From contig CAVTCS010000003.1 of assembly GCA_963733295.1 (NCBI GenBank), positions 2,624,001 to 2,688,000 on the forward strand: a stretch of 64,000 nucleotides of DNA, in the 5' to 3' direction. The translations under genes and the position numbers were made by a program. The notes under the pieces are model-generated. The model worked only from the letters and a program-made list of their open reading frames with translations, was not told where the DNA came from and did not search any database. The number at the start of each line of letters is the position of its first letter. Positions within the stretch are counted from its first letter, which is position 1. Origin of the DNA: Vulcanimicrobiota bacterium. Lineage in GTDB: Bacteria; Vulcanimicrobiota; Vulcanimicrobiia; Vulcanimicrobiales; Vulcanimicrobiaceae. Of this stretch, positions 1 to 8,571 are shown piece by piece.

Positions 1-399
1 TGGATCGTCGCTGTCGTATCCCATCAGCGTCGGCATGTCGAAATCGGTCGAGATGCCGGTTTGACCTTGCGCGATCAAATAGCGGAAGCGTTTGTTGGTG
101 TCGTCGGCGGTCCCGAAACCGGCGATCTGCCGCATGGTCCACGGCTGCGCGCGATACATCGTCGCGTACGGTCCGCGCGTGTAGGGAAACTGGCCCGGGA
201 AACCCGTCGTCTCGGTGTACTCGGCGCCGGCCACGTCGAGCGGCGTGTAGACGCGCTTCAGTTCGGCGCCGCTGATGGTGCGGAACGTTTCGCGCCGTTC
301 CGGCCGGCGCGCTATGAACGGCAGCAAGGTCAACTGCTCCCACTCGCGCTCCGCGCTCTCGACGCGCGCGAAATCTTCACGCTCGAGCTGCAAACTCAT
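1..399 (-). CDS. hcmA: B12-dependent acyl-CoA mutase large subunit, 2-hydroxyisobutyryl-CoA mutase (HcmA) type; 5' part only, runs off the window
   Basis: Not in the ORF track. Manual translation from ATG 399: MSLQLEREDF...GFPGQFPYTRGPYATMYRAQPWTMRQIAGFGTADDTNKRFRYLIAQGQTGISTDFDMPTLMGYDSDDP. ATGA overlap with the GntR stop. Ile92/Asp119 match the HcmA Ile90/Asp117 signature. Confidence 0.85.
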   Translation of the reverse strand, partial: MSLQLEREDFARVESAEREWEQLTLLPFIARRPERRETFRTISGAELKRVYTPLDVAGAEYTETTGFPGQFPYTRGPYATMYRAQPWTMRQIAGFGTADDTNKRFRYLIAQGQTGISTDFDMPTLMGYDSDDP

Positions 400-1049
400 C
401 GATAAACCTCCTGGAGACCGCGCAAGATCGCGTCGCGGCTGCGCGAGATGTGCGACTCGACCGCACGCATGGCGCCCTCGCCGTCGCCGATCGCGATCGC
501 GCGCGCGATCGCTTCGTGCTCGGCCCAGACGTTCTCGGGATACAGCGCGAGCGTGAAGAAGAAGTGCATGGCACGTGCGATCTGCGACCACGAGCCGGCC
601 AGCGACTGCGCCAAGTGGCGGTTATCTGTCGCTTGCGCGATGCCCGCGTGGAAGCTGCAGTCGAGCTCGATGAGCGCGGCCAAGTCGCCTCGCGCGATCG
701 CCGTTTCGGCGGCGCGCCGCTTTTCGGCGGTCGCCTCCCGGAGGTCGACGAAGCGTTCGGCCGCGCTCCGGCAGGCGAGCCGCTCGAGCGCGACGCGCAC
801 GGCATAGAGGTCGGCCACGTCCCGCGGCTCCAGAGGCCGGCAGACCGCTCCCCGGTTGGGCTCGCTGAGGACGAGGCCTTCGGCTTCCAGCGTTCGCAGG
901 GCTTCGCGCAGCGGAATGCGGCTGACCCCAAAGCGCACCGCCAGATCGTCCTGAACCAAGCGCGAGCCGGGCGCGATCTCGCAGTTCACGATCGAGGCCC
1001 GGAGCGCGTCCAAGAGCTCGTCGTGCCGGCTTCCCCAGCGCAGAATCAT
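396..1049 (-). CDS. GntR family transcriptional regulator (FadR/FCD type)
   Basis: wHTH PGSRLVQDDLAVRFGVSRIPLREALRTLEAEGLV; FCD motifs DCSFH, EHEAI, HI. Start placed at ATG 1049. Confidence 0.93.
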   Translation of the reverse strand: MILRWGSRHDELLDALRASIVNCEIAPGSRLVQDDLAVRFGVSRIPLREALRTLEAEGLVLSEPNRGAVCRPLEPRDVADLYAVRVALERLACRSAAERFVDLREATAEKRRAAETAIARGDLAALIELDCSFHAGIAQATDNRHLAQSLAGSWSQIARAMHFFFTLALYPENVWAEHEAIARAIAIGDGEGAMRAVESHISRSRDAILRGLQEVYR

Positions 1050-1061
1050 AGGCGACCCCAA

Positions 1062-1073
1062 ATTATATACAAT
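1062..1073 (-). promoter_or_regulatory. -10 box (TATAAT) inside a near-palindromic GntR-type operator, ATTGTATATAAT
   Basis: AT-rich near-palindrome ending 12 nt upstream of the GntR ATG in a GC-rich background; resembles FadR-subfamily TTGT-N-ACAA operators. Confidence 0.6.
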
Positions 1074-1275
1074 CCGTTTGGTCCCGCCAGTATAGTCGTG
1101 CCCTTCTCTGACGGCAACGGGTGGGGTTGGATACTATGTGCGTTTGGCCACGCGGGGCGGTCTGGCAGCGGTTTGCTCGGTTCTGCCAGCTCAAGTCCAG
1201 GGCCGGTGAATCCAATGAGGCCGCGGGCGGTATATGCGGAGAGCAACCCATCCCGACGGAGTGAACTGCGCAGCG

Positions 1276-1593
1276 ATGCATTTTTTGCGTTTACTGGGAG
1301 CCGCCCGGCTCTCGATCCCCCGAGTTTTTCCGCTGATGCGCGATAGAGCGGTCCCCTTTTGGCTGAAGGCCGCCTGCGTCGGTTTAGCGCTGCTGATCGT
1401 ATCGCCGCTCGACATCTTCGGCGATATCCCGGTGCTCGGTTTGTTCGACGACGCGGCGCTCCTCGCGCTGCTCGCGAGCGCCTTCGTGCTCGTCGCCGAG
1501 AATCTGCGCGAGCGGCTGCTCGTGCGCGTCGAACCGCTGGTTCCGCGCGGCGCGCGCGTCGTGAATCCGCCGCTCGGCGCGCTCAACGAATAA
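1276..1593 (+). CDS. DUF1232/YkvA family small membrane protein
   Basis: VPFWLK...SPLDIFGDIPVLGLFDD motif. Confidence 0.85.
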   Translation: MHFLRLLGAARLSIPRVFPLMRDRAVPFWLKAACVGLALLIVSPLDIFGDIPVLGLFDDAALLALLASAFVLVAENLRERLLVRVEPLVPRGARVVNPPLGALNE

Positions 1594-1605
1594 GCTCGCG
1601 CGAGG

Positions 1606-2283
1606 CTAGTCTAGACTCCAGCCGTAGTCTAGAAGCGGCTTCGCGTCGCGCGCGAACTCGACCGCGCGCCGCACGAGCGCGGCCGACGTGACGTCGCGCA
1701 ACGCGACGCGCCGGCGCGCGCAAAACGAACGCAAGCGAAAGTACCGCGCGAGATCGCTCTGCGCGCAACGCTCGAAACCGCGCGGCATGCGCGCCAGCGA
1801 GTCCTCCCAGTCGTCGGGCTCGCCGAGGTTGACGTTCGCCGAACGTAGCTTTCGCAAGACGCCGCGAAAGCGAGCCGGCGAACGCGCCATGTCGCTGCGC
1901 CAGCGTTGTAGCATCGGACGCTCCAGCTTGTAGAAGGCAATCGAAAAACGCGAGTCTCCCGGCGCGACGTGCAGGTAGAGGCCGCCGGGCGTGGTGCGTT
2001 CCCCGTCATACGAGAGGTACGCCGCGAGGTGCGTGCGATACGGCGACTTGTCGGCCGAGAAACGCACGTCGCGATAGATGCGGAAGATCGAGCGCCGCTC
2101 GTTGCCGCCGATGGGAATTCCCGCTTTCTTGAGCGCCGCGGAGGCATCCGCGACGAACGCTCGCATCGGTGCGAGCAAAACGCGCTCGTACTCTTCTTTG
2201 CGTGGTGCGAACCAGCTGCGCTCGTTGTGCGTCGCAAGTCGCTCGAGGAAACGCAGCCCCTCGCGCGGGAAGCCCGTAAACAT
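1606..2283 (-). CDS. DUF2461 (TIGR02453) family protein
   Basis: FTGFP...FL..L..HNERSWF and IFRIYRDVRFSADKSPY motifs. Confidence 0.9.
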   Translation of the reverse strand: MFTGFPREGLRFLERLATHNERSWFAPRKEEYERVLLAPMRAFVADASAALKKAGIPIGGNERRSIFRIYRDVRFSADKSPYRTHLAAYLSYDGERTTPGGLYLHVAPGDSRFSIAFYKLERPMLQRWRSDMARSPARFRGVLRKLRSANVNLGEPDDWEDSLARMPRGFERCAQSDLARYFRLRSFCARRRVALRDVTSAALVRRAVEFARDAKPLLDYGWSLD

Positions 2284-2322
2284 GCACTTCGCTTTGGCGG
2301 CAGCCGACTCGCAGCATCCTGC

Positions 2323-2568
2323 ATGAAGCCACCGCCGAACGACGGGACGGTGCGCGTGGGTTGCGAGCGCCGTCGCGCCGGTACGATGACGACCATCTTC
2401 GGCCTGCGCTCGGCGGATCTCGAGGCGGTGGCGAAAGAGCTCAAGCGTCGCTGCGGGACGGGCGGTACCGCCAAAGACGGCGTCATCGAATTGCAGGGCG
2501 ACCGGCGCGACGCGGCGCTCGCCTATTTGGCCGAACGCGGCATTCGCGCCAAGCGCATGGGCGGCTGA
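2323..2568 (+). CDS. yciH: SUI1/YciH translation initiation factor-like protein
   Basis: KELKRRCGTGGTAKDGVIELQGD motif; ATG at 2323 inside the listed ORF 1969..2568. Confidence 0.9.
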   Translation: MKPPPNDGTVRVGCERRRAGTMTTIFGLRSADLEAVAKELKRRCGTGGTAKDGVIELQGDRRDAALAYLAERGIRAKRMGG

Positions 2569-2803
2569 CGGCCTGTCCCGGCCGGCTCGCCGGCGGGCTG
2601 CTGGGCTGCCTTGCCGCCAGGCTCGTCCCCCCAGTCACATTCGCACGAGCGCCCTCGGTCCGAGCGGGGGCCAGGTCCGTCTGAGCGCGAAAACCCCCAA
2701 GGCACGCTCCTTCGGACGCGTGTCGGTACCATGTCGAAGCTGGAACGCGCGGGTTCCTCATTCCAAAGCTTCGGTGCCGCTGCGTCCGATACGGAGGATA
2801 AGT

Positions 2804-4291
2804 ATGGATGAACGGGGCGCGCGCCCTGCACCGATAACCCTTTTTGAAGCTTCCCGACCTCCCGCGACCCCCGTCCGGCGGGGGGCGGGTTCGATGTTGT
2901 CAATTCCGATCGGGAACATCGCCGGGGACTTCCGCGCGCTCAGCCTTAACCGCCGCCGCCGCAGCGCGACCTACGAACTGATGGTCGCAAACGAGACGCA
3001 CGGGCCGCTGGCGACCTTCACCTACGCCGTTTCCCGGACGCGACCCGGCGATGCCATGACCTGGAACGCGATCACGGTTCCGCCGCTCTCCTCGATCGCG
3101 ATCACCGTCGACTTCAGCCTCCCCAAACGCGGGATTCGCCAACGGGTCGTCGCCGAATTGCACGCGATCGACGCTCACCTCACTTTGGAAGCCGACCCGC
3201 CCAAAGTGCATCCGCAAGGAATTGCCCGCCGTTTCGCAATCGTGGCGACCGGTTTTCTGCTCTTTTCGCTGGGCGCCGGGGCCTACGCCGCCGGCCGTCC
3301 GCAAGTCGTGGCCCTCGCCGCTCCGGCCGAGGTCGCTGCCGGGAAGCCGTTCTCGGTGGCGTATGCGCTCGGTCCGCTGGGCAACGCCGAGTACACGGTC
3401 GAAACGCCGGACGGCGTCGAGATCCGGCACGGCCTTTTGCCCGCCCGCGAAGGCGCCTTCGATCTGAATTTGCCCGCGAAAGCGGTGACCAGCGGTTACG
3501 ACCTGCGCCTCGTCGCGCGGAACCGGCTCGGCGACTCAGTCCGCATCGCGCACATCGTCGCGCTAGCGCCGCAATTCGCGGGCGGCCCCGGCGGTCGTCG
3601 CGCGCGCATCTACAAAGCGGCGCTGCAGCAAGATGAAGTGCGCGGCGGCGAGCCGATCGTCATCGACTACAAAGCTTCGGCCGCAAGCGGTACGATCAAA
3701 CTGCTCGATCAAGACGGAACGGTCCGTGCCGAAGCGCTGCTCAATCACCGCGGAAACTCGATCCTCATCGCACCCTACGTTGAAGCCGACCAAGATTTCC
3801 GCGTGGTGTTACTCGCCAATCGCGGTCACTCGCGCGCCGAGTCGAGCCTTGCGTTGCGCATCCTGCGCACGCCGCTCCCCGCTTCGGACTTCGCCTCGAC
3901 CGGCAGCCCCGGCAACGTCGCCGCGCTGGCCGACCCCGCCGAGCCGCCCAGCGACGCCGCGGTGCAACCCGGCGAATCCGCAGCGCCGCCGATCGCCGCA
4001 GCGGTGCCCGGAAGCAAGACGACCGGACCGATCGCCGTTCCGACGGTGGACTTCATCGCGGGTTCCAGCATACCGGTCCAAATCGTACATCCCGAAAAGA
4101 GTCTGCGCATTTCGCTGGTCAGTCCGCTCGGTGAGGAAGTTGCGGGCGTGGACGTCGCAACCGGTCAACAGTCGCTCTCGTTCCCGGCACCGCAGGTTGC
4201 GACGGCGACGAAGTACATGATCGTCGCAACGTACTCGCGCGGATACGAACAGGAAACGGTAATCCGGCCTATCGTCGTGCGCGCACGGTGA
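2804..4291 (+). CDS. Hypothetical single-pass membrane protein with beta-rich (Ig-like?) domains
   Basis: GGAGGA RBS at 2793-2798 before ATG 2804; one hydrophobic segment (FAIVATGFLLFSLGAGAYA); Pro/Ala linker; GTGA overlap with the next gene. Confidence 0.7.
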   Translation: MDERGARPAPITLFEASRPPATPVRRGAGSMLSIPIGNIAGDFRALSLNRRRRSATYELMVANETHGPLATFTYAVSRTRPGDAMTWNAITVPPLSSIAITVDFSLPKRGIRQRVVAELHAIDAHLTLEADPPKVHPQGIARRFAIVATGFLLFSLGAGAYAAGRPQVVALAAPAEVAAGKPFSVAYALGPLGNAEYTVETPDGVEIRHGLLPAREGAFDLNLPAKAVTSGYDLRLVARNRLGDSVRIAHIVALAPQFAGGPGGRRARIYKAALQQDEVRGGEPIVIDYKASAASGTIKLLDQDGTVRAEALLNHRGNSILIAPYVEADQDFRVVLLANRGHSRAESSLALRILRTPLPASDFASTGSPGNVAALADPAEPPSDAAVQPGESAAPPIAAAVPGSKTTGPIAVPTVDFIAGSSIPVQIVHPEKSLRISLVSPLGEEVAGVDVATGQQSLSFPAPQVATATKYMIVATYSRGYEQETVIRPIVVRAR

Positions 4292-5823
4292 ACTCAACGT
4301 TGCCTCGGCTCGCACCCACCGTGGTCTTACGGCCGCGCATTTCGGCCTGGCTCGAACGCTACGCCGACATGCCGCTGCGCCTGCTCGCCGCTCCCGCCGG
4401 AGCCGGCAAGACGGTTGCGATCGCGTCGTACCTTTCGACCGCGTCGCGTCCCGGCGTGTACCTCGCGTTACGGCCCGAGACGACGCCCGAGCAATTTCGT
4501 GCTCGCTTAGCGAGCGCGCTCGGCCTGGTGCTCGGCGAGGCCAGCTTCGACGAACTCGGCTCCGCGCTCGCGAGCGTCGCACCGCGCGAGATCGCGCTCG
4601 ACGACGTCGACCGCGCGATGCCCGAGACGCGCGAAGAACTCCTCGCGCTGCTCACGATCGCGCCTCCCGGTATTTGCTTCATCATCGCGGCTCGCTCGGG
4701 CGGTACGCTCGACGCGCGCAACTTGACCGCGCGCGGCCTCGCGGTCGTGCTCGGCGCCGAAGAGCTTGCCTTCGATGCTGCCGACGTCGTGCGGCTGTGC
4801 GAGCAACTCAAAGTCCCTCACGAACGCGCCGACGTCGCGCGCTTGCTCGAGCGGACGGAGGGCTGGCCGATCGTCACGAGCTGGGCGATCCGCGACGCCG
4901 CCGACGCCGAGGCCGACCTGCGCGACGCGTACGAACGCTGGCGCAACGTCAATCGCCGCCATTTCTCGGAATTCTTGGACGCGGAGCTGCGCTCGGCGGG
5001 AGATTACTACCGGACCGCGTTCCGTACTTTGTCGACCGGCGGCGAAAGCGCGGAGCGCGAGCGCCTCGTCGCGCTCGAGTCTCGCGGGCTGTTCGTTTTC
5101 GCGACGCGCGACGGCTTCCGTCCCTATCGCGTCGCGCGGGAAATCGAGGTCGAAGCGGTTCCGGCCGCCAGTACCGTCGCAGCGGAGCCGACCTCGCTCT
5201 TGTTCGTGCGTTTGCTCGGGCGTTTCGAAGCCGAGATCGGCGGACGGCGCATCGAGTGGATCCGCCGGCGCGAAGCGCAGATGTTCAAGTACTTACTTCT
5301 CAAGCGCAACGGTTTGGCGACGCGCGGCGAACTGCGCGAGGTCTTTTGGCCCGACGCGCACCCGCAGCTCGCGACGCAGAGCCTGCGTACCGCGACCAGT
5401 AATGTCCGCAAGGCCATCGCCGCGATCGTCGGATACGGAAACGTCGAGCGGTACTTCTCGTCGCGCGGCGACATCTCGGTGAACTTGCAAAACGCAGTCA
5501 TCGACGTGCGCCGGTTCACGGCCCACGTTGCCGACGGCGATGCGGCGCTCGAGCGCGGCCGCTCGCAGGAAGCTTTCGCGCACTACTGCGCGGCCGAGTC
5601 GCTGTACAGCGGCGAGTTGCTCTCAGGCGAGTTTCCCGAGACGTGGTACGCGCCGCGCGCGGAGATGTACAAGGGTCTCTACATCGGTCTGCTCGAGCGG
5701 TTGGCGGAATACCACGCCGACGCCGGCCACGCCAGGCACGCGCGCGAATACGCGGCGCGCGCGAAGGAACTTGCGCCCGCTTCGTTGCGGGTCGTACCGC
5801 GTGCGGAACCCGACGCCGGCTGA
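4288..5823 (+). CDS. MalT-like P-loop ATPase fused to a SARP-type HTH/BTAD transcriptional regulator
   Basis: Walker A APAGAGKT; MalT-like LAF and TEGWP motifs; C-terminal VRLLGRFE, FWPD, IDVRRF, LYSGELL typical of SARP/BTAD. Confidence 0.8.
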   Translation: MNSTLPRLAPTVVLRPRISAWLERYADMPLRLLAAPAGAGKTVAIASYLSTASRPGVYLALRPETTPEQFRARLASALGLVLGEASFDELGSALASVAPREIALDDVDRAMPETREELLALLTIAPPGICFIIAARSGGTLDARNLTARGLAVVLGAEELAFDAADVVRLCEQLKVPHERADVARLLERTEGWPIVTSWAIRDAADAEADLRDAYERWRNVNRRHFSEFLDAELRSAGDYYRTAFRTLSTGGESAERERLVALESRGLFVFATRDGFRPYRVAREIEVEAVPAASTVAAEPTSLLFVRLLGRFEAEIGGRRIEWIRRREAQMFKYLLLKRNGLATRGELREVFWPDAHPQLATQSLRTATSNVRKAIAAIVGYGNVERYFSSRGDISVNLQNAVIDVRRFTAHVADGDAALERGRSQEAFAHYCAAESLYSGELLSGEFPETWYAPRAEMYKGLYIGLLERLAEYHADAGHARHAREYAARAKELAPASLRVVPRAEPDAG

Positions 5824-7218
5824 GCGTCCGAGCGAGGTCCAGATCCGGAATTTCGGATCGCTGAACAGCGCGCGCCACGGCGGAGTTCGCGCGAGGGCTT
5901 GATCGAGCTGGCTTCCGCGCGAGACGAGCACGGTGTCGACGCCGCGTTGCGTGAGTTTCTCGCGCCAGCCGTCGTTGAGCCGGAGCGCCTGCAAGAAATC
6001 CTCCCATACCGAGGGAGGAAACGGATCGGCACGCCCGTCGAGAAAGACGGAGATGCCCGGCGAACCGACGACGAAGCTACACCATGCGAAGTCCGCGCAG
6101 AGAAGACGATATCGGCCCGGCGCACGCTGCAAGTCGCCTAAGACGGCGATCGGCATCGTTACCTCGGTCCGCTTGGAAGAGTGCAGCAGACCGAACGCGA
6201 CCCCACCCGCGACCAGGAGCGACATCGCGGGGAGCGACCAGGCCGCATTGCGTGAAAGCGGAGCTTCGTTCGGGTCGTGCGCAAAAAACGGCAGCGTGCG
6301 CGACATCGCGAGCGCCACGACCGGTCCGGCAGCGAGCCCGAACAGGGCGATATTCCGCGCCGCGCCGAGCATCATGAGCGCGAGCATCGCGAAGATCAGG
6401 GCGTCTCCCCACTTGCGCGTGGTGCGCGTACCGGCGTAGACGGCGATCAGGATGAGCGGCAGCGCACCGTACGCGAACGACGTCTCGCCCATATCGGTAA
6501 CTTTCCACTCGACGATATACGCTTTGATCGGGCTGGTAACGAGCATCAAGGCGTAGGCCGGTAAGTGCCATCCGAATGGATTGCAGCAGATGGCCAGCAC
6601 CGAGCCGAGCGCGACGAGCGCCAGCTGCCGCGAGCGGCCGTCGAAACGCCGCGCGTCGAGGGCGGCTCCGCAGGCGACGACCAGCGCCAGGGCCGGCGCG
6701 ATGGTCGCGCTGGCATGCACGTTCGACCAAAGCGCCGCCACCGGCAGCGCGAGCCAGACGAGCGGACCGTCGAGATCGAGCGCAAGCAGGTACAGCGCGA
6801 AGAGCGGCCAGGCGAAGACTTGCGCGCGCGTCCCGAACGACTCGAGTAGCGCGATTCCGGAGAACGCCACGCAGACTGCGACCGCGGTAGGGGAGGCACC
6901 GCGGCGAACGCCGCGGTACGCGCTCAGCGCCAGCGCCGCCGTCGCGCACAAAGCGACGCCCGCGCTGAATACGTCCCAGGCCGCTCCGGTCCGGCATACG
7001 TGCGCGAGAATTCCGAAGATCCACTCTTGCGGGACCCATGGCGCTCCCGGTGCGCTGAACGTCTCCGCGCCGAGTGCCGTCGGGATGCTGCCGGTTCGCA
7101 GGATCGTCGCTCCGAGCCAACGCTGCCAGCCGAGATCGCCGTCGAGACCCGGATAGGCGACCGCGCTCACGAGGAAGCGCGCCGTGAAGACGGCGATCAC
7201 GAGCCATGCGTACTTCAT
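5623..7218 (-). CDS. Polytopic membrane protein, GT-C glycosyltransferase-like
   Basis: More than 10 hydrophobic segments; DGDLGWQRWLG...IP...ETFS..G.PW..QEW, LWSNVH and VFLDGR motifs. Confidence 0.7.
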   Translation of the reverse strand: MKYAWLVIAVFTARFLVSAVAYPGLDGDLGWQRWLGATILRTGSIPTALGAETFSAPGAPWVPQEWIFGILAHVCRTGAAWDVFSAGVALCATAALALSAYRGVRRGASPTAVAVCVAFSGIALLESFGTRAQVFAWPLFALYLLALDLDGPLVWLALPVAALWSNVHASATIAPALALVVACGAALDARRFDGRSRQLALVALGSVLAICCNPFGWHLPAYALMLVTSPIKAYIVEWKVTDMGETSFAYGALPLILIAVYAGTRTTRKWGDALIFAMLALMMLGAARNIALFGLAAGPVVALAMSRTLPFFAHDPNEAPLSRNAAWSLPAMSLLVAGGVAFGLLHSSKRTEVTMPIAVLGDLQRAPGRYRLLCADFAWCSFVVGSPGISVFLDGRADPFPPSVWEDFLQALRLNDGWREKLTQRGVDTVLVSRGSQLDQALARTPPWRALFSDPKFRIWTSLGRSAGVGFRTRYDPQRSGRKFLRARRVFARVPGVAGVGVVFRQPLEQTDVETLVHLRARRVPRLGKLA

Positions 7219-8570
7219 CGCGGACCGCTCGTTCGCAGGTAGAGCCGCACGTCGCCTTGCTCGGCCGCCCGCGACCAGCCGTCGCCAAGTTCGAGCAGAC
7301 CGGCGAGCGTGGCGTGCCGATCGACGATGACCGCATCGATAGCGTTGCGCCGCACGCTGGAGCGCCAGCTTCCGGTTCCCGTCGCCATCGAATGTTGCTC
7401 GGCGCGCACCTTCGCCGGGTATGCGGCCTCGCGCTCATCCATGAACACGGCGAGGTGCGCGTCGCCGGCAGCAACCGCGCTTCCGCACCACTCGAGTCGC
7501 GTGCACAGGATGCGGTGCTCGCGGCCGCCGGCTTGTAAAGGTCCGTCGAGGATCGCGCTCGGCACGGCGTCCGACGCACTCGCTCGTGCGGCGGACCATG
7601 CCCCGAGCGCAAGGATCGCGAGCAATCCGAATGCGAACGAGCGTCCGGCAAGGGCGGCTTCCGACGTCAGCGCGCTCTGTGCGGCTTGCGCCAGGACCGG
7701 CGCCGCGACGATGCCGAGCAGCGGAAGCTGATGACCGTCGACGAGCGCGACCACCAAGATCGCCAGCGTCGCGAAGATGTCGCCTCTCGCGCACCCCCGC
7801 AAGCCGAAGAACGTTGCGATCAGAAGACACGCGGAGAACCCGAGGCGGTACGCGAGCGGCGCGACGCCGTTCGGCGGCGCGGGCGTTCCGGCGAGATGCA
7901 GCGCAAGCGAGGCGAGCGCGACGAAGTCGCGGCCCGCCGGCGTTACGAACAGCGCGAGGACGCAACCGGCGAAGGCGAACCACGAAGTTCGCGCCGCGGG
8001 CGCGCTCGCGTTCTCGTCGAGGGTCCGTCCGAGCGCGACGCACAGAGCGATCCACGGCGCGAAGAAGCCCGTCGCCGAAACGTTGCACCACAGGATCGCG
8101 AGAGCGACCGCGCCGGCCGTGGCGCCGCGCCCCTTCGCGGTTATTGCCGCCACGAACGCGGCGGCCACGAGCCAATCGAGTCCACCCCCGCCGCTGCGAA
8201 TGTTCCCGAGAAAGGTCGCGGCCGCGAGCGCGGCCGCGCCGAAAGCGAGAAGCTCCGAAGCTTGGCGGCGCGCGCGGATTTCGACGAGAGCGAGCGCCGC
8301 TACGATCGCGCAGGCGCTTACGAGCGCGAGCCCGCGCGTGCCCGCCACACGCGCGACGAGAGCTTCGAGGGCGTCGGCGAGCCAACCGAAAGCGCCGCTC
8401 GGAGAACCCGGCGCCGAGAACGTTTCGCGGCCGAGCGTCGTGGCGACGCCGTGGCCGCCGAGCGTTTGCGCGCCGAGCCAGAGCTGCTCGTCGAGGCCGA
8501 GCGCGGAAACCGAGAAGAGCGCGCAGAGAACGATCGTCGCGGCGAGCAGAACTCGTCCGAGCCAGATCAA
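7215..8570 (-). CDS. Polytopic membrane protein, divergent paralogue of 5623..7218
   Basis: Shares ETFSAPG, LWCNV, RILC..WC and VFMDER with the neighbouring gene; ATGA-coupled to it. Confidence 0.65.
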   Translation of the reverse strand: MIWLGRVLLAATIVLCALFSVSALGLDEQLWLGAQTLGGHGVATTLGRETFSAPGSPSGAFGWLADALEALVARVAGTRGLALVSACAIVAALALVEIRARRQASELLAFGAAALAAATFLGNIRSGGGGLDWLVAAAFVAAITAKGRGATAGAVALAILWCNVSATGFFAPWIALCVALGRTLDENASAPAARTSWFAFAGCVLALFVTPAGRDFVALASLALHLAGTPAPPNGVAPLAYRLGFSACLLIATFFGLRGCARGDIFATLAILVVALVDGHQLPLLGIVAAPVLAQAAQSALTSEAALAGRSFAFGLLAILALGAWSAARASASDAVPSAILDGPLQAGGREHRILCTRLEWCGSAVAAGDAHLAVFMDEREAAYPAKVRAEQHSMATGTGSWRSSVRRNAIDAVIVDRHATLAGLLELGDGWSRAAEQGDVRLYLRTSGPR

Positions 8571-8571
8571 C

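Noticed and set aside
1074..1275. Cobalamin riboswitch upstream of the B12-dependent mutase operon
   Set aside because: No B12 box or GGGAA/GCCACTG core could be found on either strand.
2665..2695. SRP RNA, suggested by CCAGGTCCG
   Set aside because: The following GAAGGAAGCAGC of SRP domain IV is absent.
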